NCBI RefSeq assembly: GCF_001194135.2 | Contig: NC_068984.1 | Location: 13,174,374-13,212,339, forward strand | Direction: 5' to 3' | DNA from: Octopus bimaculoides | Lineage: Eukaryota | Length of the DNA: 37,966 nucleotides | Shown: one piece after another, positions 1-12,640 of the stretch | Layout: the number at the start of each line of letters is the position of its first letter | Position numbering within the stretch: the first letter of the stretch is position 1 | The notes under the pieces: model-generated | Told to the model about the DNA's origin: nothing | The model's database searches: none | What the model saw: only the letters and a program-made list of their open reading frames with translations | Translations under genes and position numbers: made by a program

Positions 1-19
1 TACATATATACAATCGTAT

Positions 20-30
20 ACACACACACA

Positions 31-66
<36 letters not shown>

Positions 67-86
67 CTCTCTCTCTCTCTCTCTCG

Positions 87-140
<54 letters not shown>

Positions 141-160
141 CATATATATACACATATATA
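20..160. repeat. Compound (CA)n/(CT)n/(TA)n microsatellite
   Basis: Seen directly in the sequence. Confidence 0.95.
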
Positions 161-298
161 CGACGATTTCTTTCATTTTCCGTCTACCAGTTTCACTTAC
201 GAGACTTTGGTCTGCCTGAGGCTATAGTGGAAGACACTTGCCCGAGGTATCACACAGTGGAACTGAACCTGGAACCATGTGGTTAGGATGCACGCCTA
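161..298 (-). mobile_element. SINE family B, 5' half
   Basis: Reverse-complement match to the 5' part of the 22961 copy (ccacatggttccaggttcagttccactgtgt...gggcaagtgtcttccactatagcctc). Confidence 0.8.
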
Positions 299-416
299 TG
301 TTAAAATAGGGGATCAAAGAATCGGAGAGAGATCACAGTAGGCAACCCGCTAGGTGTGTGGCTAGCAAGACATACCATAGTTTAGGCTAGGTTGGAACCT
401 CAGCTATATTCCCTGT

Positions 417-419
<3 letters not shown>

Positions 420-469
<50 letters not shown>
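420..469. repeat. (AT)n microsatellite
   Basis: Seen directly in the sequence. Confidence 0.97.
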
Positions 470-472
<3 letters not shown>

Positions 473-584
473 AATGTTAATTCTCTAAATGAAGTATTAA
501 CAGTAACTGCACGATAAAGTGTAGTATATTGCCACTTGAGTGTGGCTGACCCCTAGGGGTGGATGTTACTGTTGCTTTTTTAAC

Positions 585-624
<40 letters not shown>

Positions 625-2494
625 TGAAGCAAGTAAAAGACTAAAAGGGAATATATATTATATAATGTATATTATATAATAAATATATGTGTGTGCACGC
701 GCTCGAGTGTGTGTGATGTCTGTATGTAAGTGGAGACTCAAAACAGGCCGAGCGAACAGTAGCAGAAATCTTCACATTAAGAATTTTCATGAAACAATAT
801 TTTGGTCCCTTGGACCCCACACACTATAGGAGCTGACTTCTGTTTTTGAAACGTCACCTTAAGTTGGAATTGAAATACGAACCTTCGGGCGATCCCACCG
901 TTTGGCCAGAAATACCGCAGCAAATACTTGCACAGATTCAAGGTGGATTTCTTTCTTACTGTGTTGAAGCCTGAAATACCATGTTTAAAAGGCTTGGGGT
1001 ATTCCTATTTCCTCCAGCTTTTATCGTGAAATAACAGCCAAATATGCCTCAGGTCACATGCTACTGTTATAGAGAGAGAGATTGTATGCTATGTTGTATA
1101 ATGGAGTAAGAGATATTAAAAAGTGATTGAATGTTCACACCTGGAATACCTTTTGCCATATGAACTGTTGCTCAGAGCTGACATGGAGTTAAGCAACTAC
1201 TACTATTTATAGAACCGCTAAGCTCACACAGAATTTGGGCAACCTTCAACTAATTTTCCGTTTATTCATTCATTCATTCACTACTCTCAATATCTATTTG
1301 TATTTCCTCTCCCTCTTTTTGTTCATCGTAATTTCTTGCGATAGATGTCATTGTGTAGTTTAGCGTCCCTTTTTTTTCCTAGGCTCTAAAAGGTGACGTG
1401 GATGCGGATTTGATAAAAAAAACCTGATAAAGTCGCAATTTTCCCGCTGCGCTCAGTTTTAATCTTTATGCGTCTACATTGTTCCTCTCTCAAATTAAAT
1501 AGTTTGACCAACTGACAGCTATGTTACTTTCTTTTGTTTTGTAAGTACAGAACATAAAGCGAGCACTCTTCGGCCAAGAAACCAATGTAGTCGATTTGAC
1601 CAGCTTCCACTTTCTCATATCAATTTAATTCATATGACACAGAATAATGATTCTCGCACCAAAATGGCTGTAAAGTCGGTGCAATTTGCCTCAGTTCTTT
1701 CATCAACCTGCTTCGGGGAACATAAAATATTGCAGTTCTACGTCAAAGCGGGATACAATCTGCATTGTGATTATAAACAGTTCAGCTAAATGATTAAATG
1801 ATACTTAATGGCATATCTGTTATTATTGCGGTCGCACAGTAGTTACACTAGCCTGATAAAGCTATCATTTAAGAAGCCTTAAAATATATTCGCTGCACCC
1901 ACCAACTGATTAAATGCCTGAACGACCTGTTCATGTTTGTTTCTTTTTCCTTTCTGTTTTATTTTACATTCGTCAGTTGGTGGGACTGGAAGATGATTGT
2001 TCATCTACGCTACGTACATGTTCAATAGCTATAAATAATAGAAGAAATACTGGTCCAAACCGCAGTAAACAAGATCAGATTACCTATAAGAAAATATAAG
2101 CCTTCAACATTGAGAGGGAGACAATATTTCTTTTCGTTAATTTACTTTTTTCAGTCAGGCGATCTCAGACAAAATTCAATTTCTCTATTAAGCGTGCTGG
2201 TCAGATCGGATGAAAGTTGCTGGTAGTCGTAAAATCTGACTTATTCTCTCAACAAATCATGGCGTGCCGTACGAAATATCTTTTATGGTTTGCTGCAAGA
2301 CATATAGAAGAATCAAGAAATCTACAAGAAAGCAGTGATACCGTCGAGATCAGGTTACAGTTAAAATTAACTATTATTTCTCCTCTGACAAACGGTATAC
2401 GAAGTATCATTAACAAAACCAAGGCGAATTGGGGAAAGAAGTAAAAGAGATAAAAACAAACAAAACAAAGCAAAAAGGAAAAAGAATCAAACAA

Positions 2495-2526
<32 letters not shown>

Positions 2527-3192
2527 NNNNNNNNNNNNNNNNNNNNNNNNNNNNNNNNNNNNNNNNNNNNNNNNNNNNNNNNNNNNNNNNNNNNNNNNNN
2601 NNNNNNNNNNNNNNNNNNNNNNNNNNNNNNNNNNNNNNNNNNNNNNNNNNNNNNNNNNNNNNNNNNNNNNNNNNNNNNNNNNNNNNNNNNAAGAAAGTTT
2701 TACACAAACAAACAATAATATACAAAGTTAAGAACGAAAATTGAAATGAAATACAAAACAATACATATGTGTAAACTTAAAAATAAATTGAAATATTGCA
2801 GCATTGAAATACAGCGGAGAAAAAAAAAAAAAGATGGTTAGCGAAGCACAATGCTTCTTGGAAAAATAATTACTTTAAAAAAATGTCAGTGAAACGATAA
2901 AACTATCCTCTATCACCATATATTTTCTTTTATTGAATCCGAGAAATATTTCAAATAATAATTTAGTTCGGTTTAGTCATTTTGTCTTTTTGTTCTTCTA
3001 TAGACATTATGTTAATGGAAACCAAATAAATGTTAAGTGAAAATGTATCACGTTGTATCTTTCACTACAAAATTGATGTAATCCTTGGATACTTTTCAAA
3101 ATTGACTGAGTTGGTTATCTAACAAATAATCAGAAGATTTAAATATGATGAGCAAATCAGATTACTCTGAGGGATTAGGTTGGCTAATTTTG

Positions 3193-3525
3193 ATGCCGAG
3201 TTCGCAGACTAGCTAACGCGTCGAATAAAATGCTTAACAGCATTCCTTCCAGATCATAGCGTTCTGAGTTCAAATTCTACTGAGATCGATCTTGCTTTTC
3301 ATTCTTTCAGGGTCGATAAAATAAAACATCAGTCAAATATTAGGATGAATTTAATTGACTATTTCACTCTACTGAAATTTTCTGGTCTTGTACTGAATTT
3401 CTTTCGATCCTTTACGTTCTGAGTTCAAATTTCACTGAGGTCGACTTTGCCTTTCATCCTTTCGGGCTCGATAAAATATGTACCAGTTGAACACTGGGTG
3501 TCGAGGTAATCAACTTATCCCTAAC
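3193..3525 (+). mobile_element. SINE family A, two tandem decayed monomers
   Basis: Two copies of gttctgagttcaaatt...gaggtcgactttgcctttcatcctttcggg.tcgataaaat...accagt, at about 3260 and 3415. Confidence 0.8.
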
Positions 3526-3566
3526 CCTAACGTGAGTTGCTTCTCACTTAATCCAATCACATAAGA

Positions 3567-5080
3567 CAGTGTTTCGCAAACTTTTGCGCCAAATTGCAAT
3601 ATCGCCCACCTATCGGCCAAAAAATGCTCCATCGCCCACCTGTATAAAAACAAAAACCCTGACACAACCCCCACCAACACTAAATCCCCTAGGAGGCTCC
3701 CGCTATCATTTGACACACACACTATGTCGTAGACTCGTTGCCCGGTTAGTGCCGTTTGGATTAAATAATCATAGTTTGCAAATCCCTTATTGTGGGTTTA
3801 GTTTTTGCCATTAATGTGAATAAAATTCTAACGTTAGTTCTATATTATGCAGCCAGATTAACTTCGGTAAATTTGCGTTTTCTTTTACACTGAGTTTTAT
3901 TTTCCCTAAATGAACCATTGATCAAAACTACCGATGCAGAAATAATTAATGATTGTATTACAAAGGAAAAGAAAAGAACTTTTTAATGAGTACCATGTAT
4001 CTGATGCAATGCAGCTAGTGCAGATACATTCGGTTGCAAACGTGTTAACTTTAGCGGCAAGGCTCCTCATTGTGTCACATCCAGTTCAATTGTTTCTGGG
4101 AATGTAAAGTTCCAATATGTCTAAAACCAGATTCAACCAGGTATGAAAATAGGGAAGGCAAGCAAAAGTAATTTCAGATGTTTCTGCTGATTGAGGTAGG
4201 AATTTAATATACTTTGATGCTACTACAAACCTTCTTTGCCATTATGGCGATATCGCATTGTTGCGTCATTATCATTTTGTAATTCTATCAATTCCTCCTG
4301 AACGTCTACCTCGCAATCGATTGCATCAGTTTCAAACGGATTGCTAAACCAATTTGGAATATTCAGCGCAACAACATCTTGAAATCGCTCCACCGTGTCA
4401 TCGTGCAGTGATTGTAAATAGTTGCGATGTGTAGTTAAATCCTCATCAACCAATTCATCTTTCAAAGAATCAAGTTGTGGAAATTAAAGGAATTGACATT
4501 TTGAAATGTTAGTCTTGTACAGCAACAATTTCGAAATGAAGGTAGTGATAAATGATTTAGAATCAACGAGAGTTTTTCTGTTTCCTTGCAATAACTTATT
4601 CAAATCATTTAATTTTGTGACTATATCACAAAGAAAAATGATATCGCACCTTCGATAAACAGGCGAAGTAATGTTTCACCAATTGTGTGAGAATTCCCAG
4701 AGTTAGCAACAAGCAATGCAGTGTTGTACGATGCAATCAACCCGTCATTCTCCTGCTTACTTGTTTCCTGGAGTAGCGTATTGAATTTTTGTGTTCGCTT
4801 TTGAAAGAGGAGCTCAGTTGCAAAAAAGTATGAGAACGGTTTGTCCTTCATGTCAGAATGCTTTGTATCAAAGTGATACTTCAAGCGTGAAGGTTTCGTT
4901 GCTCGTTGGTCAATGTTTGATGGCAAAGAAAGCACATTGGTAACTGACAGTTCTGAGGAGAGAGAATAAATCCAAATGACAAATAATCACTACTGTACTG
5001 TCGACAAATTTTCTTGACTTGAAGCATCAGTAAAGGGAAAATATGAAAACAAATTTCTACAGACGGCGTCAAAAAGGTAG
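3567..5080 (-). mobile_element. hAT (Charlie/Buster-type) DNA transposon, internally deleted, decayed transposase
   Basis: Minus-strand frames give the N-terminal BED-finger-like region (RQYSSDYLSFGF...PMCFLCHQTLTNE...KPSRLKYHFDTKH, then ASYNTALLVANSGNSHTIGETL). Near 4630 the sequence jumps to the C-terminal region (KLNDLNKLLQG, WFSNPF, YLVESGF...HQIHGTH*, stop near 3986). A Charlie-type terminus CAGTGTTTCGCAAAC starts at 3567, preceded by ACATAAGA (nnnTAnnn). The opposite TIR was not found, so the right boundary is approximate. Confidence 0.88.
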
Positions 5081-5748
5081 TATGGTATTCTCAAAGAGAG
5101 GAGGAAATCGATAGAGCTGAGTCAGCTGACACGTCTTTACTGGAGCAAATGCGGATCTGGTTCATTTGGCTGCTAGCATTTCAATGATTAAAGTTTATTG
5201 AAAATTTTAAAATTTGGCACATTAATATACCTTTCCAAGCTAAATTGCTGGAGTTATTCAACTTTTATTCTAGAAAAATATTTTAAAAACGTTATAGAGG
5301 TTTAAAGTTTGATCACCAAGTCAAGAGACACGATTTCAAAGCTGTCATTTTGTGCGTGACTGCACATTGTCAACATCCTGAAAATAGCATTTGTGTTTTG
5401 ATATGAAACCACAGAATTACGCATGACATATAACCCCTCATAACTTTTTTTATTTTCTGAGTTTTCAAGAATTTTTTGAGAATTTGAATTCTACATGCGG
5501 GACTTCATACGATTATGCCAAGAAAAAAAAAAAGAATTGTGGTGGAGCGTGATTAAAGGCCTGGGCCTGTTTCGCTGCTATTTTTAGCACACAAGACAAT
5601 CATCTCAATCAATGTGCGACAAAAATATTCTTCTGCTTTTTGTCCTTCAATCCACGAAAGAAGGAGTACCATTCAAATACTCGATCACCCTCCAACTCCT
5701 TACCCTCAACTTTTCCCACCTTGTGCCTAAATCAGTGATAATAAAATA

Positions 5749-5953
5749 TGGCGAACAGGCAGAATCACGAAATTACCGGAATTAAAGTCTTGGGGATTTC
5801 TTCCGGCTGTTTACGTTCTGAATTCAATATTTTGTACTTTCTTAGTCAGTAAAATAAGTACCAGTCAAGAACTGGGGGTGGGGTCAATGTAATCGACTCG
5901 TCCATCCTCCCCCCAGGATTTGAAGCCTTCTACCTATAACAGAAACGATTATT
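5749..5953 (+). mobile_element. SINE family A, decayed
   Basis: ggcgaacaggcagaatc head, tttacgttctgaattcaa, aaaataagtaccagtcaa...ggggtcaatgtaatcgact, and an (att)n tail. Confidence 0.7.
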
Positions 5954-5954
5954 A

Positions 5955-6316
5955 TTCTTTTCTGTTCTAGGCACAGGGGCCGAAATTTTCGAGGAGGGAT
6001 TAGATCGACCCCCAGTATGTAACTGGTACTTATTTAGTCGACCCCGAAAGGCAAAGTCGGCCTCGGCGGAATTTGAACTCAGAACGTAAAGACATACGAA
6101 ATACCGCTAAGCATTTTTCCCGGCGTGCTAACGATTCTTTACTACTCTAGGCACACGGTCCAAAATTTTGGAAGAGGGGGCCAGTCGATTAGATCGACCC
6201 CAGTACGCAACTTGTACTTAATTTATCGACGCCGAAAGGATGATAGGCAAAGTCGACCTCGGCAGAATTTGAACACAGAACGTAAAGAGAGACGAAATAA
6301 CAAGCTCGCCGCCTTA
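5955..6316 (-). mobile_element. SINE family A, head-to-tail dimer
   Basis: On the minus strand: aaggcggcgagct head, B-box, gtcgactttgcc...gtcgataaattaagtac core and tail, running directly into a second monomer that starts at atcgttagcacgccggg. Confidence 0.9.
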
Positions 6317-6954
6317 GAAACGATTATTATTATTGCGGTCATTTTTGTTCTTGCTGTTGTTGTTTGCTTCATTTGATAGCCAACCATAATGGAGATGCGA
6401 GTAGCACAAGTTTCATCATGTAGAATTATGTTTGAGAGAAAATCTTTACAGGTAATGTGTAGATTTGTCTATTTCTCGGTTTCTCTCTCCACCTATGACC
6501 ATTTGATTGAACGTGTGTGTGGATGCACGTGTAAGTATGTGTGCATGTTTGTGTGAAAGAAAGGTTCGAGGAACAGGGATTGAGTTTGTAAATTTTAGAT
6601 GATAATTAAGGAAGTGAAAATTCACATTCACTGCCAAACCAACCGTTACTTCCTGTATGTAATGAGCTCCGTAAAACTGTATGGTGGAAATTCTATAGAA
6701 ACGTAAGACAGGAAGGCGAAGCGCACGCACAAACGCTGCACACACGTAAAGCACATACACACGTACATAAGTATTAATTTGTGCGTATATGTTTGTGCAT
6801 AGGTGAGTGTGTTTAAGGCCATATGAATCCGCTTTTGGAAATGAGTGCCGAGGAGATAATTATTAGGAACACTTTATAGTCATTAAATTTCTTGTGTGCA
6901 TTGCTTATTCACTGTTAGAGAGATATTTATCTATGATTCTCGCGCTGTCAGACA

Positions 6955-7055
6955 CGTATAGACATATGTATACATACATACTTACATGGATACATACGTA
7001 CACATACACACAGGCATATATGCATATATATATATGTATCTAAATAAGTATGCTT

Positions 7056-7147
<92 letters not shown>

Positions 7148-7581
7148 NNNNNNNNNNNNNNNNNNNNNNNNNNNNNNNNNNNNNNNNNNNNNNNNNNNNN
7201 NNNNNNNNNNNNNNNNNNNNNNNNNNNNNNNNNNNNNNNNNNNNNNNNNNNNNNNNNNNNNNNNNNNNNNNNNNNNNNNNNNNNNNNNNNNNNNNNNNNN
7301 NNNNNNNNNNNNNNNNNNNNNNNNNNNNNNNNNNNNNNNNNNNNNNNNNNNNNNNNNNNNNNNNNNNNNNNNNNNNNNNNNNNNNNNNNNNNNNNNNNNN
7401 NNNNNNNNNNNNNNNNNNNNNNNNNNNNNNNNNNNNNNNNNNNNNNNNNNNNNNNNNNNNNNNNNNNNNNNNNNNNNNNNNNNNNNNNNNNNNNNNNNNN
7501 NNNNNNNNNNNNNNNNNNNNNNNNNNNNNNNNNNNNNNNNNNNNNNNNNNNNNNNNNNNNNNNNNNNNTATATATATATAT

Positions 7582-7612
<31 letters not shown>

Positions 7613-7800
7613 TGAATATATGTGAGTATATATGTAAATCTATCTCCCTATCCATCCATATACATATATATATATTTATACATATATATACATACGTATA
7701 CATATACATACACACAAACACGTACACACACATCTATATATATGTATATATATATGTGTGTGTGAGTGTGTGTGTGTACACTCACATGCACACACACATA
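6955..7800. repeat. Compound (TA)n/(TACA)n/(GATA)n microsatellite block containing gap 7148-7568
   Basis: Seen directly in the sequence. Confidence 0.95.
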
Positions 7801-8267
7801 AATTAATAAATGATATGAAAACAGGAATCATGAAGTCATCTTCATTAGTGAACGGGTGTTTCTGCCAGGAAGAGCTGTGTACTCAAACCTGAGTGCTTGT
7901 GCGACATCCTATAGCTTCCACGGAGCCGGGGAAACTGTAGGTTGTTTCAAAAATTCTCACCACTTAGGTTACCCTTTAGCCTTTGGGAATCATAAAATGA
8001 TAATACATTCTGTACTCGCCTAACCGCTTATTTAAAGCTGATTTGCATCGAGTTCTAACAATAAACGGTTATTCGTATCGCTATCTGATGTTTATATCAT
8101 GCCTACTGGATCATACCTTAGATTTGAAAAGTCGTCCTTTCAATCATTACCCCTGATCATTGCGCGCGCGCGCGAGTGTGTGTGTATACACCTCTGTCCA
8201 GCCATCGCCACGATCGACCGCTAGCCACTAAAGCATTTTTTATTCTCTCTCTGTCTATTTTCTCGCC

Positions 8268-8308
8268 TTTCTTTCTGTTGAAGAGCGTAGGTTCGAAACG
8301 TAAAAAAA
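8268..8308 (+). ncRNA. Minimal hammerhead-like motif (A6U variant) in a short interspersed repeat (about 8190-8395)
   Basis: TTT-CTGTTGA-A-[GAGC GTAG GTTC]-GAAA-CGT-A-AAA. Confidence 0.3.
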
Positions 8309-8400
8309 TTTCTCACCTTTCCGAGCATTAAACTAATACACCTGTTTGTTGTTTACACACTTGTCTTCGTCTTTTTTTTTTGGAAATTCCAACTATATAC

Positions 8401-8433
<33 letters not shown>

Positions 8434-8447
8434 CATACATACATACA

Positions 8448-8491
<44 letters not shown>

Positions 8492-8639
8492 AGCCGTCCA
8501 TTCGTGGCCGAGGAAGACCATTGCGACCTTCAGGAACATTGTGCGCTCTAGGACTAACTTATATTTTGCATTTGCGGCTCCGATGGTGGCTGATGAGCCC
8601 TGCTCTTGACAAGCATACACAACTGCAAATCCCATCATA

Positions 8640-8795
8640 TTTTTATAATTAAATATTATTAGGAGTTGTACGAAAACTTTTGTTAAATTATTTTGCGTAT
8701 TGCAGATATATAACCAGTTTGTTGTACCTAAACTTTAATAACACAATCTAATGTGGACCTTAAAGAGTTATATAGACCCTTGTTCAGAACCACTG
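8640..8795 (-). mobile_element. hAT/Charlie-type MITE fragment (one end)
   Basis: The minus strand begins CAGTGGTTCTGAACAAGGGTC at 8795, flanked by GCCTAAAC (nnnTAnnn). The other end was not found and the left boundary is approximate. Confidence 0.45.
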
Positions 8796-8899
8796 GCCTA
8801 AACTATCCCATCAAGCATCGCTCCTACAATCACAAGATTGCTAAATGCAGATAACACATCTATCTTCTGCAGCATTTTTCAAACTTATATTCTAAGTTA

Positions 8900-9260
8900 T
8901 TTGATTCCATTCAATGATGTACACGTCTTCATTTTCCCCTATCGTATCATATTTTCATATATTCATAATTTGGTCCATCCACCCCTGCATCTGTCCCTCC
9001 ATACCTCCCTCCATTCATCCATATCTTCATCCATCCATCCGTACATTTATTTACTCTTTTACCCCGTCCACTTCTCCATATTCATCCATTCTTTTCCGTC
9101 TTTTATCTTTCCTTTACCCACTTCCCTATCTAACTTACAATTAATTAATTTGCGGATTAATATCTCCAGTAATATATCAACCCACTAAAGCCATCTTCAT
9201 CTTCTCACTGTCCTCCGTATCCATCTTACCTTTCCCCTGCTTCCACCTCTTGCTACGTCC
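8900..9260. repeat. Pyrimidine-rich low-complexity tract, decayed (CCAT)n
   Basis: Recurrent catcc/ccat units and strong C/T skew. Confidence 0.7.
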
Positions 9261-9689
9261 ATTCATTAGTTTATTAAATCATTAATTTATTGATTAATTT
9301 AATCTATTCCTCTTGCGACTAAAAAGCAAAGTTACGTAATATATAAATTACTCCGTTAAGTTGTTTTAAAATTTATTATAGTCTTTTTTCTCTAGTGGTT
9401 TCCATAGGTCACTCAGTATAAATTTTTCGCCCCTCACACCTCACTCCTCCACACAGCTTAACGGTCTATACGTACGAAACTGTCCACACCACCTTATACA
9501 CCACCACATTTTCTTTTTATGTATCACAGATTTCTAGCACACCAGCATTAGCTTTCACTACACAGCCACCGGACCTGTCAAGTATAAATTATCTGCTATT
9601 TCTTACTAAATACGCTCTAAGTCCTCTTTAAAAATTCTCTTTAGGAACGAAACATAGCTAACTTGGAAGAGCAATTTAACACACAGAGA

Positions 9690-9731
<42 letters not shown>

Positions 9732-10934
9732 GTTTGTGTATGTATGTAGGTATGATGCATGTATGTATGTAAGCATATATATATATATATNNNNNNNNNN
9801 NNNNNNNNNNNNNNNNNNNNNNNNNNNNNNNNNNNNNNNNNNNNNNNNNNNNNNNNNNNNNNNNNNNNNNNNNNNNNNNNNNNNNNNNNNNNNNNNNNNN
9901 NNNNNNNNNNNNNNNNNNNNNNNNNNNNNNNNNNNNNNNNNNNNNNNNNNNNNNNNNNNNNNNNNNNNNNNNNNNNNNNNNNATATATATATATATATAT
10001 ACACATATATGTTCGTATGTATGTATGTATGCCACGTGCCGCTAGTGAGTATATGCAGTCAGGCTGTAAAAATATTAATGATCTTCAATATTTAAACATG
10101 TAATTCAACAACAAGCAAATACTTTCTCAGTAGCATATGAAATTATAAATTAATCTTCCATTCAATGTTGCTCTCATTTATTATGTAATTTCTTCCAAAC
10201 GCTTCCTATAGTTTGGGAAACATGCTTTAAAGTACATCTGTTGCTATTGTTGTTGTTGTCGTTGCTTCATCCAAATGCACCCACACTAAGCAGAGAGATT
10301 CAAAGTTGATCCAACTATGATCGTTCAATCTCTAACTGTTTAACGTAAAATATATTCAGGATTATATATTTTCGTACATGCATACTTTTCCTTCACTTGT
10401 TCTCATGATAATATATATCATGCGAGTGCTATATGGCTTCCATTTCTACTATCTCTCGTAACTGCAGACAAGCTCACTCTCTCTCTGATTTCTTTTAGAT
10501 ATCAGATATATGAAACTCTTCTTGCTAAACTCTGCTATGGAGGTCGTCTTATATTAAAATAAAATGTTTTATCAACGGATTTTCGTAATTTATTAAGATA
10601 TAGAAGTCATATAAGAACATAGTTTATTATCAATGAAGTAATATAAGAAGGCATTTACACATTAAGCTAACCTTTTTTACAGTCAATCAGACACACAGAC
10701 TGTATCATGTGACTGTTATATTTATGTAGTCTGTCTTTATTGCTATTTTGTTCGTAGTTTGGGGTCGAATTATTGCTGTTTCATTTCGAATATGTTTCTT
10801 TCTGTATTTTTATATCTTCGTCAAAAAAGAAATGGTAACGTCCATTATCTTATTTTAGAATCTCCAAGACTGATGGAGTAAAGGGAGAAATAAACTACAC
10901 CACATTGTGTTATAATCAGGAAGTCGTCCTCGTA

Positions 10935-11180
10935 CGACTTGTGAAGGCGCGTGGTTTCACAACCACAAAATCGTGGTTTCGATTCTCGAACCGGGTGGTG
11001 CGTTGTGTTCTTAAGCAAAACACTTCATTCCACTTTGCTCCAGTGCACTCAACTCTAAATAGTTATCCCTACGATGGAGTGGCGTTCCATAAGGGAGGAC
11101 TGTTGTGATCTTAGTCATTGATACGGAAACATATGTGGAACCTGGGTAACCGCTCCTATGAGTCCTAGGAATGGTAACAG
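10935..11180 (+). mobile_element. tRNA-derived SINE, family C
   Basis: gtggtttcgattctcgaaccgg B-box, cttaagcaaaacacttcattccactttgctccagtgcactcaact core. A second copy is at about 21125. Confidence 0.75.
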
Positions 11181-12534
11181 TAATGTCCAGGAGACTAACT
11201 TAATTTAACCTGGTTATTTACAACAGAGTGGACCCTTCTAAAGAAACGAAAGGGGTAGGTAGTGCTGTTAATAAGCCGTACAGCAAACTGGTATCGTTAA
11301 CTACATAAATTCTGAGATGTATTAAAGACAATATGGTATTTTTCCTCGCCTATTCTATGCGATATAAGAGAAAGCACCTAAAAGGCAAACAATATTACTT
11401 TAATCAATAGTCCTAAGTGTGACTATGCTTGTATCGATGAACGGAGGAAGTTGATCAAATTTCTTTTCACAGTAGGCATGTATAAACATATGCAGGCAGA
11501 CGCCGAATCACATGTACACATAGATACATGCAAATATGCATGTGCACAGTAAACAGAGATCAGAGTAAGAAGAAGGAAACGGAAATGAGGTAGTTAGATA
11601 TTATACAAAATATAACCACAAATGGTTCTCCGAAAAGCGAAAAGAAGAGACCAGATGTTCCAAGAAGTGTATCACCATCCGGTTGTGCCACCTCAAGGGT
11701 TCCGTGACAACCTGTTGCCATTCAATTCCGGTATGAATTACACTGCCCGTACGGATGCGCTGCAGTAAGTCTCTTAATAAACGTGGTGTTCTTGAGACTT
11801 GATCTTGGATTTCTATTCTCAGCATCAATGAGACAAGTACTGTTGTATCAGTTGAGCTCTTCCGTTGCCTCTTCACATTCCACATGCTACGGTACCATGA
11901 CTCCGGTGTAGCACCGACAGGGAGGCTGAATAGATGCTACACCTGGCGAAAAGAAGTCTATTATTTTGTGTCATGTGAAAATAAGGAACTGTTAATTTTT
12001 TCGATTCCTTCTGATAATGTTCGCAACTAGTTTGTGAATAATATTACAACAAACGCTACTATAACGACACTGTTCCTCGGTGCTGTGGTTCTCTCATACT
12101 ACGTGAAACAATTCTTTTTTTGGAACGGGGAACCTCGAAGCAGATAAAGCTATAAATAGTAGCGTGCAAATATTAACTTTAAAAAAAACACCCTTGATAG
12201 AAAAAGACAAATTCTACCCGTTGTATTTTACCATAGGAATAAAACAATTTCTAGCAATTCGCTAGTTATTCAGTCTTTATAGATAATTTTATGTTGACTT
12301 TCTCTCGAAATTTATAATTCTTATGTTATCATCAAAATATAATTCTCATTTATAACAAATTTTTTAAAACAGAAAATTTCGAAGTATTCCTTTGGTTCAA
12401 CGGTAGAACGTCTGCAAATAATCTGTATTTAAGTTCTACAGGTAGCATTTGATTTTTCTGACCATGGATTTATAGCCAAACATTTGCACACTATAGCTTT
12501 ATCTGCCTCGGGATTCATCGTTCCACAAAACGCG

Positions 12535-12538
<4 letters not shown>

Positions 12539-12630
<92 letters not shown>
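12539..12630. repeat. (CA)n microsatellite
   Basis: About 45 uninterrupted units, next to the HINE 3' end. Confidence 0.97.
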
Positions 12631-12631
<1 letters not shown>

Positions 12632-12640
12632 CTATATATA

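Noticed and set aside
3520-3531. CCCTAACCCTAA telomere-like motif
   Set aside because: Only two units, at a SINE tail; expected by chance.
5160-5520. AT-rich segment resembling a DNA transposon subterminal region
   Set aside because: No TIR pair, TSD or coding motif could be found, so it is left unassigned.
10499-10563. Good acceptor followed by YQIYETLLAKLCYGGRLILK*
   Set aside because: No good donor and no recognisable homology; such short frames are common in this AT-rich DNA.
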